NCBI GenBank assembly: GCA_902550225.1
Contig: CACCYL010000004.1
Span: forward strand, 26,975-90,974
Origin: an uncultured Alphaproteobacteria bacterium
Lineage (GTDB): Bacteria > Pseudomonadota > Alphaproteobacteria > Methylaequorales > Methylaequoraceae
DNA: 64,000 nucleotides
Direction: 5' to 3'
In this document: positions 21,516 through 30,236 of the stretch, piece after piece
Layout of the letters: each line of letters opens with the position of its first letter
Numbering within the stretch: the stretch's first letter is position 1
Program-made: the position numbers and the translations under genes
Notes under the pieces: model-generated
What the model saw: only the letters and a program-made list of their open reading frames with translations
What the model was told of the DNA's origin: nothing
Databases searched by the model: none

Positions 21516-23405
21516 TTAATAATCGATTATTGTTTTTAACTTTCTTAGTACCAAGTTAACAGGAATAGCATTAATATTTTTAGATTTAAAGGTCTTTTGA
21601 GAAGATATTGAAACATGAAGAGGATTACCAATTGGAGAAAACTTTTCAGAATCAGTCGGTCCAAAAAGAGTTAAGGTTGGAGTCCCAGTTGAGGAAATTA
21701 AATGACCACATCCTGTGTCATTACTTATCCCTGCTTTGCAATTTTTTACAATTTTAATAGTTTCCATTGGGTTATTGCTTTTGAAAATTTTTATCTTTCC
21801 CCCAAACTCTCTAATTAAATTTCTCTCTAGATCAGTTTCTTTTGGACCTAAAATGAAGATTGGAAGTAGATTCCTCCTAATTAAATGTTCCGCAATATCA
21901 ATGAAATTTTCAAAGGCCCATCGTTTCCAAATCACCGAAGCACCAGGACAAATAGCAATTTTATTGTTATTAACCTTATTGTTAAGATTTGAAAATTTGA
22001 CTTTTGAGGGACTGAGAACTTCAGAGAGATTTACTAAGTGTTGACTAATATTTCTTTCGTCAGGATTTTCTGGAATTAAATCAGAAAACAAGTAATTTGC
22101 ACATGAAGAAACAAAAATTTTAGTTTTAATTTTTTGTAAGATAAGGGTGGTTAAAAATCTTTTTTGTGTATCTATAACGATATCATAAGTTCCAAATTTA
22201 TTTTTTTTAAATAAATCAAGAATATTAGAACCAAAATCTTCTTCATAAATATTATCTATGAGGCCTGAAGCAATAGAACTTAGCTCGGTTCTAAAAATTG
22301 AATTTCCTTTTCCTGCTAACCACGTTATTTGTGCATTAGGAAATATTTGTCTAAGACATTTAAGAAGAGGTAGTTTTAACAAAGCATCTCCTAGTAGATC
22401 TAATCCAACATAAACTAAAATTTTTACTTTCGATTTATCCTTTTTTTGGATTTTTCTTATTTCTTCATTGGAAACCCAAGTTCTGAATACATGATAACGA
22501 ACAACTTTAGGATTAATCCTTGGGTTAACTTTGCTGAAACAATATGTGAGAAGAAATTTATTAAAAAGTTTTTCTTTGTTTACTCTTCTTCTCCAAGATA
22601 AACATCGTGCAACTATCTTTCTTAGCGCTTTCCTTTTCAATGCTTTATTCACAAATGTTGCCTTTTCTAAAAAATTAAGAGTTGCTATTGAGAGGTCATA
22701 AAGGGTTTGAGCATTATTACTCATTATCCTTTCTTTTATGAAAGAAGGTCCAACACATATAATTTTCTCAGTAGAAAAAACATTGAACTTTCTGGAGGTT
22801 TTTGAAATATATTGATTTCCAGCGACACGAAGCGGAAGTGAATAATCTTGAACAAAAACAGTTTCATCGCAGCCCTTAACTTCTAAAATAGTTTCGGTTC
22901 TTATCATGAGATTGCTCGAACCACCCCAACCATTTACAACAAACTTTTCAAATGTATTTTGAATTTCTGAGGAGTCAGGCTTATTATTTATGAAATTATA
23001 TTTATTAGGATCTGGACTCCAATCCCAATCACCATACAAAAGATCGATATCTTTTTTTTGCATTTGTGATTTCATATATTTCAAACTATCTGGAGCGAGT
23101 ATATCGTCGCCATCTAAAAGTTTGATATAGGAATACTTTACAAACTTAAGAGCATTATTTGTCGCGATACTTGGTCCGGTATTTCTTTGAGTAAAAATTT
23201 TGTAATCAATTTTTTTTTTCCTAAGGAAATCCTTTGCAATTTTATATGAACGGTCTTTTGAACCGTCATCTACAACGATGACTTGATATTTTTCGGATTT
23301 TTCGAATTGATTTGTAGCTGAGTTTAAAGTTTGTAGAATATATTCTTCTTTATTATACAACGTGACAATTATTGATATGCCGTCTTTATATTTTACTCTT
23401 TGCAC
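21516..23405 (-). CDS. Fusion glycosyltransferase: N-terminal GT2 domain plus C-terminal GT9 (heptosyltransferase-like) domain
   Basis: 629 aa, GTG start. N-terminus ISIIVTLYNKEEY...VVDDGSKDRS...LDGDD (GT2, DxD). C-terminus ILVYVGLDLLGDALLKLPLLKCLRQ...NDTGCGHL...LFGPTD (ADP-heptose:LPS heptosyltransferase family). Confidence 0.75.
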   Translation of the reverse strand: MQRVKYKDGISIIVTLYNKEEYILQTLNSATNQFEKSEKYQVIVVDDGSKDRSYKIAKDFLRKKKIDYKIFTQRNTGPSIATNNALKFVKYSYIKLLDGDDILAPDSLKYMKSQMQKKDIDLLYGDWDWSPDPNKYNFINNKPDSSEIQNTFEKFVVNGWGGSSNLMIRTETILEVKGCDETVFVQDYSLPLRVAGNQYISKTSRKFNVFSTEKIICVGPSFIKERIMSNNAQTLYDLSIATLNFLEKATFVNKALKRKALRKIVARCLSWRRRVNKEKLFNKFLLTYCFSKVNPRINPKVVRYHVFRTWVSNEEIRKIQKKDKSKVKILVYVGLDLLGDALLKLPLLKCLRQIFPNAQITWLAGKGNSIFRTELSSIASGLIDNIYEEDFGSNILDLFKKNKFGTYDIVIDTQKRFLTTLILQKIKTKIFVSSCANYLFSDLIPENPDERNISQHLVNLSEVLSPSKVKFSNLNNKVNNNKIAICPGASVIWKRWAFENFIDIAEHLIRRNLLPIFILGPKETDLERNLIREFGGKIKIFKSNNPMETIKIVKNCKAGISNDTGCGHLISSTGTPTLTLFGPTDSEKFSPIGNPLHVSISSQKTFKSKNINAIPVNLVLRKLKTIIDY

Positions 23406-23456
23406 TAAAGATTCCCTTAATCTTTCTTCTCCTCATTTTTAAATATTATCACAAGT

Positions 23457-24146
23457 CTAATCTTTATCAATAGAGTAGCCAGAGGATCTAATCGTCCTTA
23501 TAAAGTTTTTTTTCCCTTCGATATTTAATGATTTTCTAAGCCTCCTTATGTGAGTGTCAACAGTTCTTCGTTCAACATAAATTCCGTGTCCCCAAACAGA
23601 ATCTAGAAGTTGTTCTCTTGAAAATACTCTGCAAGGGTTTTCCATAAGGTGCTTTAAAAGATTATATTCTGTGGGCCCAAGATGAACTCTCGTCTTTCCT
23701 CTGAATACTTTATGTTCATTATCGAAAATTTTAATGTCTTCAAACTCTAATATGTTGTTTTGAGAAGAGGTTGATCTTCTAATAAGGGCTTTTATTCTTG
23801 CAATAAGTTCTGCGGGACTAAAAGGTTTTGATATGTAATCATCCGCCCCATATTCCAAACCCCTTATTCTGTCTTCCTCTTCCTCTCTGGCAGTCAACAT
23901 TATAATCGGTAAATTACTGGTTTCTTGTTTTCTTCGCAGAATTTTACAAAGCTCTAATCCATTTGGTTCAGGAATCATCCAATCAAATATAGCCAATGAT
24001 GGAATTTCTTCTTTAATTAACAACAGTGCATCTTCACCGTTAGTGGCTGATTTTACCTTAAATCCGTTTTTTTCAATATTGTAGGTAATCATTGGTAGTA
24101 ATGATTTATCATCCTCCACCACAAGAATTGTTCTTTGTGTTACCAT
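23457..24146 (-). CDS. phoB: Phosphate regulon response regulator PhoB
   Basis: 229 aa. Receiver domain (ILVVEDD, AIFDWMIPE, KPF) plus an OmpR-type winged helix (RTVDTHIRRLRKSL). Last gene of pstSCAB-phoU-phoB. Confidence 0.92.
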   Translation of the reverse strand: MVTQRTILVVEDDKSLLPMITYNIEKNGFKVKSATNGEDALLLIKEEIPSLAIFDWMIPEPNGLELCKILRRKQETSNLPIIMLTAREEEEDRIRGLEYGADDYISKPFSPAELIARIKALIRRSTSSQNNILEFEDIKIFDNEHKVFRGKTRVHLGPTEYNLLKHLMENPCRVFSREQLLDSVWGHGIYVERRTVDTHIRRLRKSLNIEGKKNFIRTIRSSGYSIDKD

Positions 24147-24800
24147 TTATTTCAGAGTACCTTGAAGATTATAAATAACTTCTTTTGATATTACTTTTGA
24201 AAGATCTCCAATTCTCTCTAATTCTTTAGCAATAAATAACATTTGTGTACAAAACCCAATTATATCTCTATCTTCCATCATTAAATGTAAATGTTCTCTA
24301 AAACAAGTTTCATATACAGAGTTAATTGTAATATCCTCAGTGGGAACAGATTGTGCAATTTCTTTTGACTCTTGATCATAAGAACTTAGGGCTGTGGAAA
24401 AATTTTTTAAAACTAAAAGGCCCAGTTGGTGAACTGAATCAGTGCTGTAGCTATCAGGAGCTTTTTTTACAGATAATATCCTTCCAGCCACGTTGGATGC
24501 ATGATCACCGATGCGTTCTAGTATACTTGATATTTTCAGAGAAATAATAATCTGCCTAAGATCATCTGCAAGAGGTTGTCTTTTTGACAACGTAATGGTC
24601 GCAAATCCTCTTATTTTTTTTTCTAAAGCATCAATGCCTTTATCATTTTCTATAACTTCTTTAGCTTTTGAAATATTGATTATTTTTATCAAGTCAACTG
24701 CTTGGAAGATTTGTTTTTCAACATTCAAACCCATTTTTGTTAAGTTGCTTTTTAGAGAATTTAAATCTTCATCATATGTTGTTACAATATGTTCTTTCAT
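24147..24800 (-). CDS. phoU: Phosphate signalling complex protein PhoU
   Basis: 217 aa. Two PhoU repeats with ERIGDHASN and ERIGDLSK. Confidence 0.93.
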   Translation of the reverse strand: MKEHIVTTYDEDLNSLKSNLTKMGLNVEKQIFQAVDLIKIINISKAKEVIENDKGIDALEKKIRGFATITLSKRQPLADDLRQIIISLKISSILERIGDHASNVAGRILSVKKAPDSYSTDSVHQLGLLVLKNFSTALSSYDQESKEIAQSVPTEDITINSVYETCFREHLHLMMEDRDIIGFCTQMLFIAKELERIGDLSKVISKEVIYNLQGTLK

Positions 24801-24803
24801 TTT

Positions 24804-25568
24804 TTAACCTATTTTTCCTGTTATATAATCCTGAGTCTTTTTTTGGCTTGGTGTTGAAAAAATTTGATCTGTGCGCCCTACCTCGATCAAACTACCCATA
24901 TGAAAAAAAGCAGTTTGCTGTGAGACTCTTGCAGCTTGCTGCATTGAGTGGGTTACGATTACAATAGTAAAGTTTTTAGCTAACTCATCAATAAGTTCTT
25001 CAATTATAGCAGTTGCTATTGGATCTAGGGCAGAACACGGTTCGTCCATTAGGATTATTTGTGGACTAATTGCAATGGCTCTGGCTATGCATAGTCGTTG
25101 CTGCTGTCCCCCCGATAAAGAGGTTCCTGTGTCATTTAGCCTATCTTTTACCTCTCCAAACAAACCAGCTTTTTTCAAGCTATATATAACAAGCTCCTCT
25201 AATTCATCATTGCTATTAACAATACCATGAATTTTTGGTCCGTAGGCAACATTGTCAAAAATTGACTTAGGGAATGGATTAGGTTTTTGGAATACCATTC
25301 CTATCTTTGCCCTCAGTAAAACCGGGTCGACTTCTGTGGAATATATATCTTCTTCATCAACAAAAATTTTTCCTTCTATCCTACAAATATCTATCGTATC
25401 GTTCATACGATTTATACATCTAAGAAAAGTAGATTTTCCACAACCACTTGGACCTATTAAGGCTGTGACCTTATTTGTAGGAATTTCAAGGTTGATTTTA
25501 TCAAGTGCCTTCTTCTGGCCATAGTAAACATTAACATTTTTACTTTTTATTTTAATTTTTTCTGTCAT
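24804..25568 (-). CDS. pstB: Phosphate ABC transporter ATP-binding protein PstB
   Basis: Walker [10 protein letters not shown], signature LSGGQQQRL, Walker B ILMDEP. PstB-typical C-terminus. Confidence 0.97.
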   Translation of the reverse strand: MTEKIKIKSKNVNVYYGQKKALDKINLEIPTNKVTALIGPSGCGKSTFLRCINRMNDTIDICRIEGKIFVDEEDIYSTEVDPVLLRAKIGMVFQKPNPFPKSIFDNVAYGPKIHGIVNSNDELEELVIYSLKKAGLFGEVKDRLNDTGTSLSGGQQQRLCIARAIAISPQIILMDEPCSALDPIATAIIEELIDELAKNFTIVIVTHSMQQAARVSQQTAFFHMGSLIEVGRTDQIFSTPSQKKTQDYITGKIG

Positions 25569-25586
25569 AAAACTTCTCTCAATATT

Positions 25587-26861
25587 TTACCATTTTTTTT
25601 CAAACTTTTGTCTAATAAATACTGCTATGCCGTTCATCAAAATAAGAAAAGAAAGTAAAACCATTACCCCTGCCGCAGTAAGCTCAACAAAACCTCTGGC
25701 AGCAGTGCTTTTCCAAAGATAAATTTGAACTGGAAGAACAGTAGAGGAATCTAAAAATGACCCTGGAACATCAACAATAAACGCAACCATTCCTATCATT
25801 AATAATGGCGCTGACTCTCCAAGTGCTTGAGACATTCCAATGATGGTTCCTGTCAGAATACCCGGCAAAGAAAGTGGAAGTACATGATGAGTAACTGTCT
25901 GAAACTTCGTTGCACCTAAACCAATTGCAGCTTCTCTAATTGACGGTGGTACAGCCTTTAATGAAGCTCTAGTGGCAATAATAATCGTTGGAAGGGTCAT
26001 AAGAGCTAAAACCATTCCGCCAACAATGGGGGCAGATCTTGGTAAATGCATGACATTGAGAAAAATTGCTAAACCTAATAACCCAAATATTATAGAGGGT
26101 ACGGCTGCTAAGTTATTGATATTAACCTCAATAAAATCTGTAAATTTATTTTTTGGGGCAAGCTCTTCAAGAAAGACTCCTGCAGCAACGGCAATTGGGA
26201 ATGATAGAATTAATGTTACAAATAATGTAAAGAATGAGCCTACAAGCGAACCCCAGATTCCCGCTTGTTCTGGTTCTGTTGAATCTGCCTTTACAAAAAA
26301 GTTTTTGTTAAAATTACTTTTGATATTATTTGCTGATCTTATTTCATTCAGCCAATTCAATTCGAGGTCAGAAATCAATCTATCTTCTTCTGCTATCAAC
26401 TCCATGTCCGGATTTTTATTTATCACATCAATCTTTGATGAAGCTAATAACCATAAAGTGATTTTCTGACCTACTAGTTGTTTGTTTTTTAAAACAAGCT
26501 TCATAAGGTTTTCTTCCTCTGAACTAGAGATAAAGTTACTTAATTTACGTAATTCGCCTTTGTCAGAAATTTCTGGAAAAAAACTATTTAAAGAGTTTTT
26601 GATTATTTTTTGAAAATTTGCGAATTTTATATCTTCTTCTTTTTGGTCATTGCTTGTGTAGATTATATCGGGATCAAAATATACTTCTAATTTTATATAA
26701 GTACTTAAAAAAGCTTTTTTTCCCTCCATAAAAATTGAACTAAGAATAATACACAAAAAACTGACTGCAGTTGCTATACCTAGCAAACCATAAATCTTGA
26801 AACGTGATTCTTGTCTTTTTCTTTTTTTCAGAGAATATTCTATTTTTTTGAGGTTATTCAT
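25587..26861 (-). CDS. pstA: Phosphate ABC transporter permease PstA
   Basis: 424 aa with a long periplasmic insertion. EAA-type loop REAAIGLGATKFQTVTHHVLP. Confidence 0.9.
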   Translation of the reverse strand: MNNLKKIEYSLKKRKRQESRFKIYGLLGIATAVSFLCIILSSIFMEGKKAFLSTYIKLEVYFDPDIIYTSNDQKEEDIKFANFQKIIKNSLNSFFPEISDKGELRKLSNFISSSEEENLMKLVLKNKQLVGQKITLWLLASSKIDVINKNPDMELIAEEDRLISDLELNWLNEIRSANNIKSNFNKNFFVKADSTEPEQAGIWGSLVGSFFTLFVTLILSFPIAVAAGVFLEELAPKNKFTDFIEVNINNLAAVPSIIFGLLGLAIFLNVMHLPRSAPIVGGMVLALMTLPTIIIATRASLKAVPPSIREAAIGLGATKFQTVTHHVLPLSLPGILTGTIIGMSQALGESAPLLMIGMVAFIVDVPGSFLDSSTVLPVQIYLWKSTAARGFVELTAAGVMVLLSFLILMNGIAVFIRQKFEKKW

Positions 26862-28239
26862 ATCTTTCCCTGTATTTACTTACAATTCTGAGTGCCAATA
26901 AATTTAAAAAAAGGGTTGCAACAAAAAGTGTGATTCCCAAGGCAAAAGCAGCAAGTGTTTTTGCACTATCAAACTCTTGGTCGCCAATTAAGAGTGTAAC
27001 TATTTGGACAGTGACAGTTGTTACAGATTCAAAAGGATTAGCTGTTAAGTTTGCTGCAATTCCTGCAGCCATAACAACTATCATAGTTTCACCTATTGCG
27101 CGAGAAACTGCGAGAAGAATTGCTCCAATTATACCTGGTAAAGCAGATGGAAGTATTATTTTTTTTACTGTTTCTGATTTTGTTGCTCCCATAGCATATG
27201 ATCCATCACGTAAGGACTGTGGTACGGCACTGATAACATCATCTGATAAAGATGAAATAAAAGGAATAATCATTATTCCCATAACACCACCAGCGGCTAT
27301 TGCACTTTCAGAGGCAATATTAAATCCACTATAGTTTGCTAAATCTTTAAAAAAAGGACCAACGGTAATAGCTGCAAAAAATCCATACACTACAGTAGGT
27401 ACGCCTGCTAGTATTTCTAAGATTGGTTTAAAAGTTTGTCGAACTTTGGGAGTCGCATATTCTGATAAATACACAGCAGAAAGCAAACCAACTGGAATTG
27501 CCACAGACATTGCTATCAGGGTAATCAAAAGAGTTCCTGAAAAAATCGGGATTGCTCCAAAAGCACCTTGACTTGCAACTTGTCCTTCTCTAATTGCTGT
27601 TTGAGGGCTCCAAGCTAGACCAAATAAGAAATCGAAAAAAGGTATTTCATCAAAAAATCTTAAAGCTTCAAAAATCAGAGAAAAAACAATTCCTATAGTT
27701 GTAATTATTGCGATTGTCGAAGAGAATATTAATAGATTTATATTTGATTTTTCTACTGCCTGCCTTGCTTTAAATGTGGTTGAAATCTTTTTTAACGAAA
27801 TATAGCTAGAGAGAAAAGCAACAATTAAAATAGAAAAGTATGCAAAGGAATTTGAGTAATTATTTAGGTTTTTAAAATATGTTGCGCTTTCCACGATCAA
27901 AGGATTTGTTCCTGGAAAAACTCGCTCGAGATCAACTGCTTTTATGCTATCAATTAGCATTGAGGGATCTCCATCAAAATTTGCTGATAATTGCTCCGGG
28001 ATGTTTTGTAATAAAATGTATTCGAGAATAAAGGGCTTGCCAACTAACCAGAGTAGAAATAATGATGATGTTGGGAAAATAATTAATAGGAGTGAATATG
28101 TTCCGTAATAAGACGGCAGAGAGGGAAGTTTTGATCCTTTTTCTAATTTAGCATTAAGTTTTAAGGCTTTATTAGTTGCGAGCCAGTGAACTGACAGCCC
28201 CAACACTACTAAAATAAAGAAAAAGGACCAAAAACCCAT
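26854..28239 (-). CDS. pstC: Phosphate ABC transporter permease PstC
   Basis: 461 aa. LRDGSYAMGATKSETVKKIILP permease loop. 8 nt overlap with pstA. Confidence 0.9.
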   Translation of the reverse strand: MGFWSFFFILVVLGLSVHWLATNKALKLNAKLEKGSKLPSLPSYYGTYSLLLIIFPTSSLFLLWLVGKPFILEYILLQNIPEQLSANFDGDPSMLIDSIKAVDLERVFPGTNPLIVESATYFKNLNNYSNSFAYFSILIVAFLSSYISLKKISTTFKARQAVEKSNINLLIFSSTIAIITTIGIVFSLIFEALRFFDEIPFFDFLFGLAWSPQTAIREGQVASQGAFGAIPIFSGTLLITLIAMSVAIPVGLLSAVYLSEYATPKVRQTFKPILEILAGVPTVVYGFFAAITVGPFFKDLANYSGFNIASESAIAAGGVMGIMIIPFISSLSDDVISAVPQSLRDGSYAMGATKSETVKKIILPSALPGIIGAILLAVSRAIGETMIVVMAAGIAANLTANPFESVTTVTVQIVTLLIGDQEFDSAKTLAAFALGITLFVATLFLNLLALRIVSKYRERYE

Positions 28240-28259
28240 AAAGCAACGTTATAGAGTTT

Positions 28260-29312
28260 TTACTTCTTGTTCAAGACCTTACCATCAAATTTGGCTAAGT
28301 TTTTGCCATCTTTTTCAAATTGAGCTCTCTCGCTTTCACCAAGTGGAATAAGCCCTTTTGATACTAAATAACCGTCAGAACCAATCGCTTTTGCAGAGGT
28401 AAATTCTCTTACATACTCTTTTATACCAGGTATAACTGATGCATGAGCATTTTTTATGTAGAAAAACAATGATCTTGAGACTGGATATTTACCAGATGAG
28501 ATAGCCTCAAACTCTGGAAAAACACCATCAACTTTTGCCGCTTTGACTTTGTCTCGATTTTGATCAAGAAAAGAATAACCAAAGACTCCCAATGCGCCAG
28601 GGTCAGCAACCAACTTTTCGATAATTAAGTTGTCGTTTTCTCCAGCTTCAACATAGGGACCGTCTTCTCTGACACTTCGGCATTGACTTTTATAAAGTTT
28701 TTTGTCTTTTTTCTTCAGTGCTTTTCTTCCAGGAAATTTTTTGCAACCTCTTTCAATAGCTAATTCATTGAAAGCATCACGTGTCCCAGAAGTCGGAGGT
28801 GGCCCAATTACAACAATAGGCGCAGCTGGCAATGCTGAGTTTACTTCGTTCCACATTTTGTAAGGGTTAGGTTTTACAGTATTTCCTTCGGGATCCGCAG
28901 GAACGTCTTTAGCCAGAGCAAGATAAATATCTTTTAATGATAATTCCAGCATAGGACCAGATTTAGCGTTAGCCATGGCAATACCATCAAAGCCGACTTT
29001 TATCTCAGTAATATCAGTTACGCCATTTTTTGAGCATTTTTTAACTTCCTTGGATTTTATTCTTCTAGAAGCATTAGTAATGTCTGGATGTTCGGTTCCT
29101 AGGCCTTTGCAGAAAAGCTTAAGACCTCCACCTGAACCTGTAGATTCAATTACAGGGGTTTTAAAACCGCTTGTTTTCCCGAATCTTTCTGCCACTACTG
29201 TAGCAAAAGGATAAACTGTGGAAGAACCAACAATTTTGATTTGGTCGCGTGCTATTGATTCAGTGCTAAAAGCAAATGCCAAAGCAACAATAGCAAGTGA
29301 AGATTTTTTCAT
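28260..29312 (-). CDS. pstS: Phosphate ABC transporter substrate-binding protein PstS
   Basis: 350 aa. Signal peptide, IKIVGSSTVYPF and GSGGG motifs. First gene behind a triple Pho box. Confidence 0.9.
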   Translation of the reverse strand: MKKSSLAIVALAFAFSTESIARDQIKIVGSSTVYPFATVVAERFGKTSGFKTPVIESTGSGGGLKLFCKGLGTEHPDITNASRRIKSKEVKKCSKNGVTDITEIKVGFDGIAMANAKSGPMLELSLKDIYLALAKDVPADPEGNTVKPNPYKMWNEVNSALPAAPIVVIGPPPTSGTRDAFNELAIERGCKKFPGRKALKKKDKKLYKSQCRSVREDGPYVEAGENDNLIIEKLVADPGALGVFGYSFLDQNRDKVKAAKVDGVFPEFEAISSGKYPVSRSLFFYIKNAHASVIPGIKEYVREFTSAKAIGSDGYLVSKGLIPLGESERAQFEKDGKNLAKFDGKVLNKK

Positions 29313-29373
29313 ATTTCCTCTCTTTATAGTTAAAGGTTAAAAGCAAACAATAAGAAATTAAGTGCATAGAAAT

Positions 29374-29401
29374 ATGACATTTATGTTACACTTTTATGAC
29401 A
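29374..29401 (-). promoter_or_regulatory. Pho box (three 11-bp-phased repeats) upstream of pstS
   Basis: The minus strand reads TGTCATAAAAG TGTAACATAAA TGTCAT, 62-90 nt upstream of the pstS ATG. This matches the 7+4 bp PhoB-site architecture known from enterobacteria and rhizobia. Confidence 0.75.
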
Positions 29402-29434
29402 ATGTACTTTTATTACTTTTTACTCATTTAAGGT

Positions 29435-29950
29435 TCACAAATCTTTAGGTTTTGTATAAAAATTTATTTTTGATACTGTTTTATTAATCTCAAACCATTC
29501 TTTACACTTGAAGCTTACATTAAAAAAAGCAGAAGTTGTATATTCTTCAATAGCATTTAAATAATATTTATTGTTGCTTCCACTAAAAAAATTCTCAATT
29601 GAACTAGAAATTAAGGGTTCATGTGATACTACCAAAACTCTGTTTAGTTTTGCGTGTAACATAACCGTATCAAATATATTTATTCCTGATGAATGATATA
29701 AGTCGTCTAAATAATAGATCTTCGGATCATTGGAAATTTTTTCTAATAATAGTTTTAATGTCTCTTTGGTTCTTCTCGACGGAGAACAAAAAATTTCTTT
29801 AAACACTATTTTTTTTTCTTTTTTCTCTAAAAATTTCAGTATTTTTTCGGTTTTTTTTTTACCCTTCATCGAAATAGGTCTTGACATATCGTCTCCATCG
29901 AAATTACTCCAATCTGACTTAGCATGCCTAATTAATGATAAATTTAGCAT
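29435..29950 (-). CDS. Histidine phosphatase superfamily protein (SixA-like)
   Basis: 171 aa. LIRHAKSDW (RHG-type catalytic motif), SPSRRTKET and VVSHEP. Confidence 0.65.
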   Translation of the reverse strand: MLNLSLIRHAKSDWSNFDGDDMSRPISMKGKKKTEKILKFLEKKEKKIVFKEIFCSPSRRTKETLKLLLEKISNDPKIYYLDDLYHSSGINIFDTVMLHAKLNRVLVVSHEPLISSSIENFFSGSNNKYYLNAIEEYTTSAFFNVSFKCKEWFEINKTVSKINFYTKPKDL

Positions 29951-30038
29951 AAAGTGTAAATTAACAATTTAGATAAAAATTTAAAAGGTAAATTAAGTCA
30001 TTCATGATTTATTTTAATTACTAAATATATTTTAAAAA
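29918..30038. repeat. Direct repeat copy 1 (5' end and upstream region of the SixA-like gene)
   Basis: Aligns colinearly with 35382-35503. Identical at most positions by eye except for a ~9 nt patch. Confidence 0.85.
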
Positions 30039-30089
30039 TGTGATGGTAAAGTGTGATGGTAAAGTGTGATGGTAAAGTGTGATGGAGAA
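30038..30089. repeat. Tandem repeat, 13-bp unit GTGTGATGGTAAA x4
   Basis: Read directly from the sequence: (a)tgtgatggtaaa gtgtgatggtaaa gtgtgatggtaaa gtgtgatggagaa. Lies in the divergent intergenic region between the SixA-like and phoA-like genes. Confidence 0.95.
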
Positions 30090-30236
30090 ACTTTCTGTAT
30101 TTTAATCAATTACTTATAATTAAACGCAACTAATTCAAAATCCGTTGAACTTTGCTTTATGTCCGCTCGAGTCGGACTGGGAATACCATTAAATTATTTT
30201 TCTTAAATTTGTAATATTTAAAGTTTATATTTAAAT

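Noticed and set aside
25972-26469. Long antisense ORFs in the track, including 25972-26469, 26930-27334, 49688-50254, 8199-8516, 43668-44006, 30518-30868, 21715-22044 and 17422-17730.
   Set aside because: Each lies wholly inside, and antisense to, a gene with strong family motifs (pstA, pstC, mutS and others). Their translations are low-complexity Leu/Ser/Phe/Ile strings typical of shadow frames in AT-rich DNA.
30038-30089. Tandem array considered as a CRISPR or minisatellite.
   Set aside because: The units are contiguous 13-mers with no spacers, and no cas genes are present, so it is a micro-tandem repeat and not CRISPR.
30161-30177. GTCCG-ctcgagt-CGGAC hairpin, resembling a tRNA anticodon arm (5-bp stem, 7-nt loop CT-CGA-GT) and possibly a tRNA-derived att remnant.
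   Set aside because: The flanking sequence offers no acceptor, D or T arms (no GTTCRANYC). The second copy of the surrounding repeat (35337-35375) lacks the hairpin. Not callable as a tRNA or tRNA fragment.
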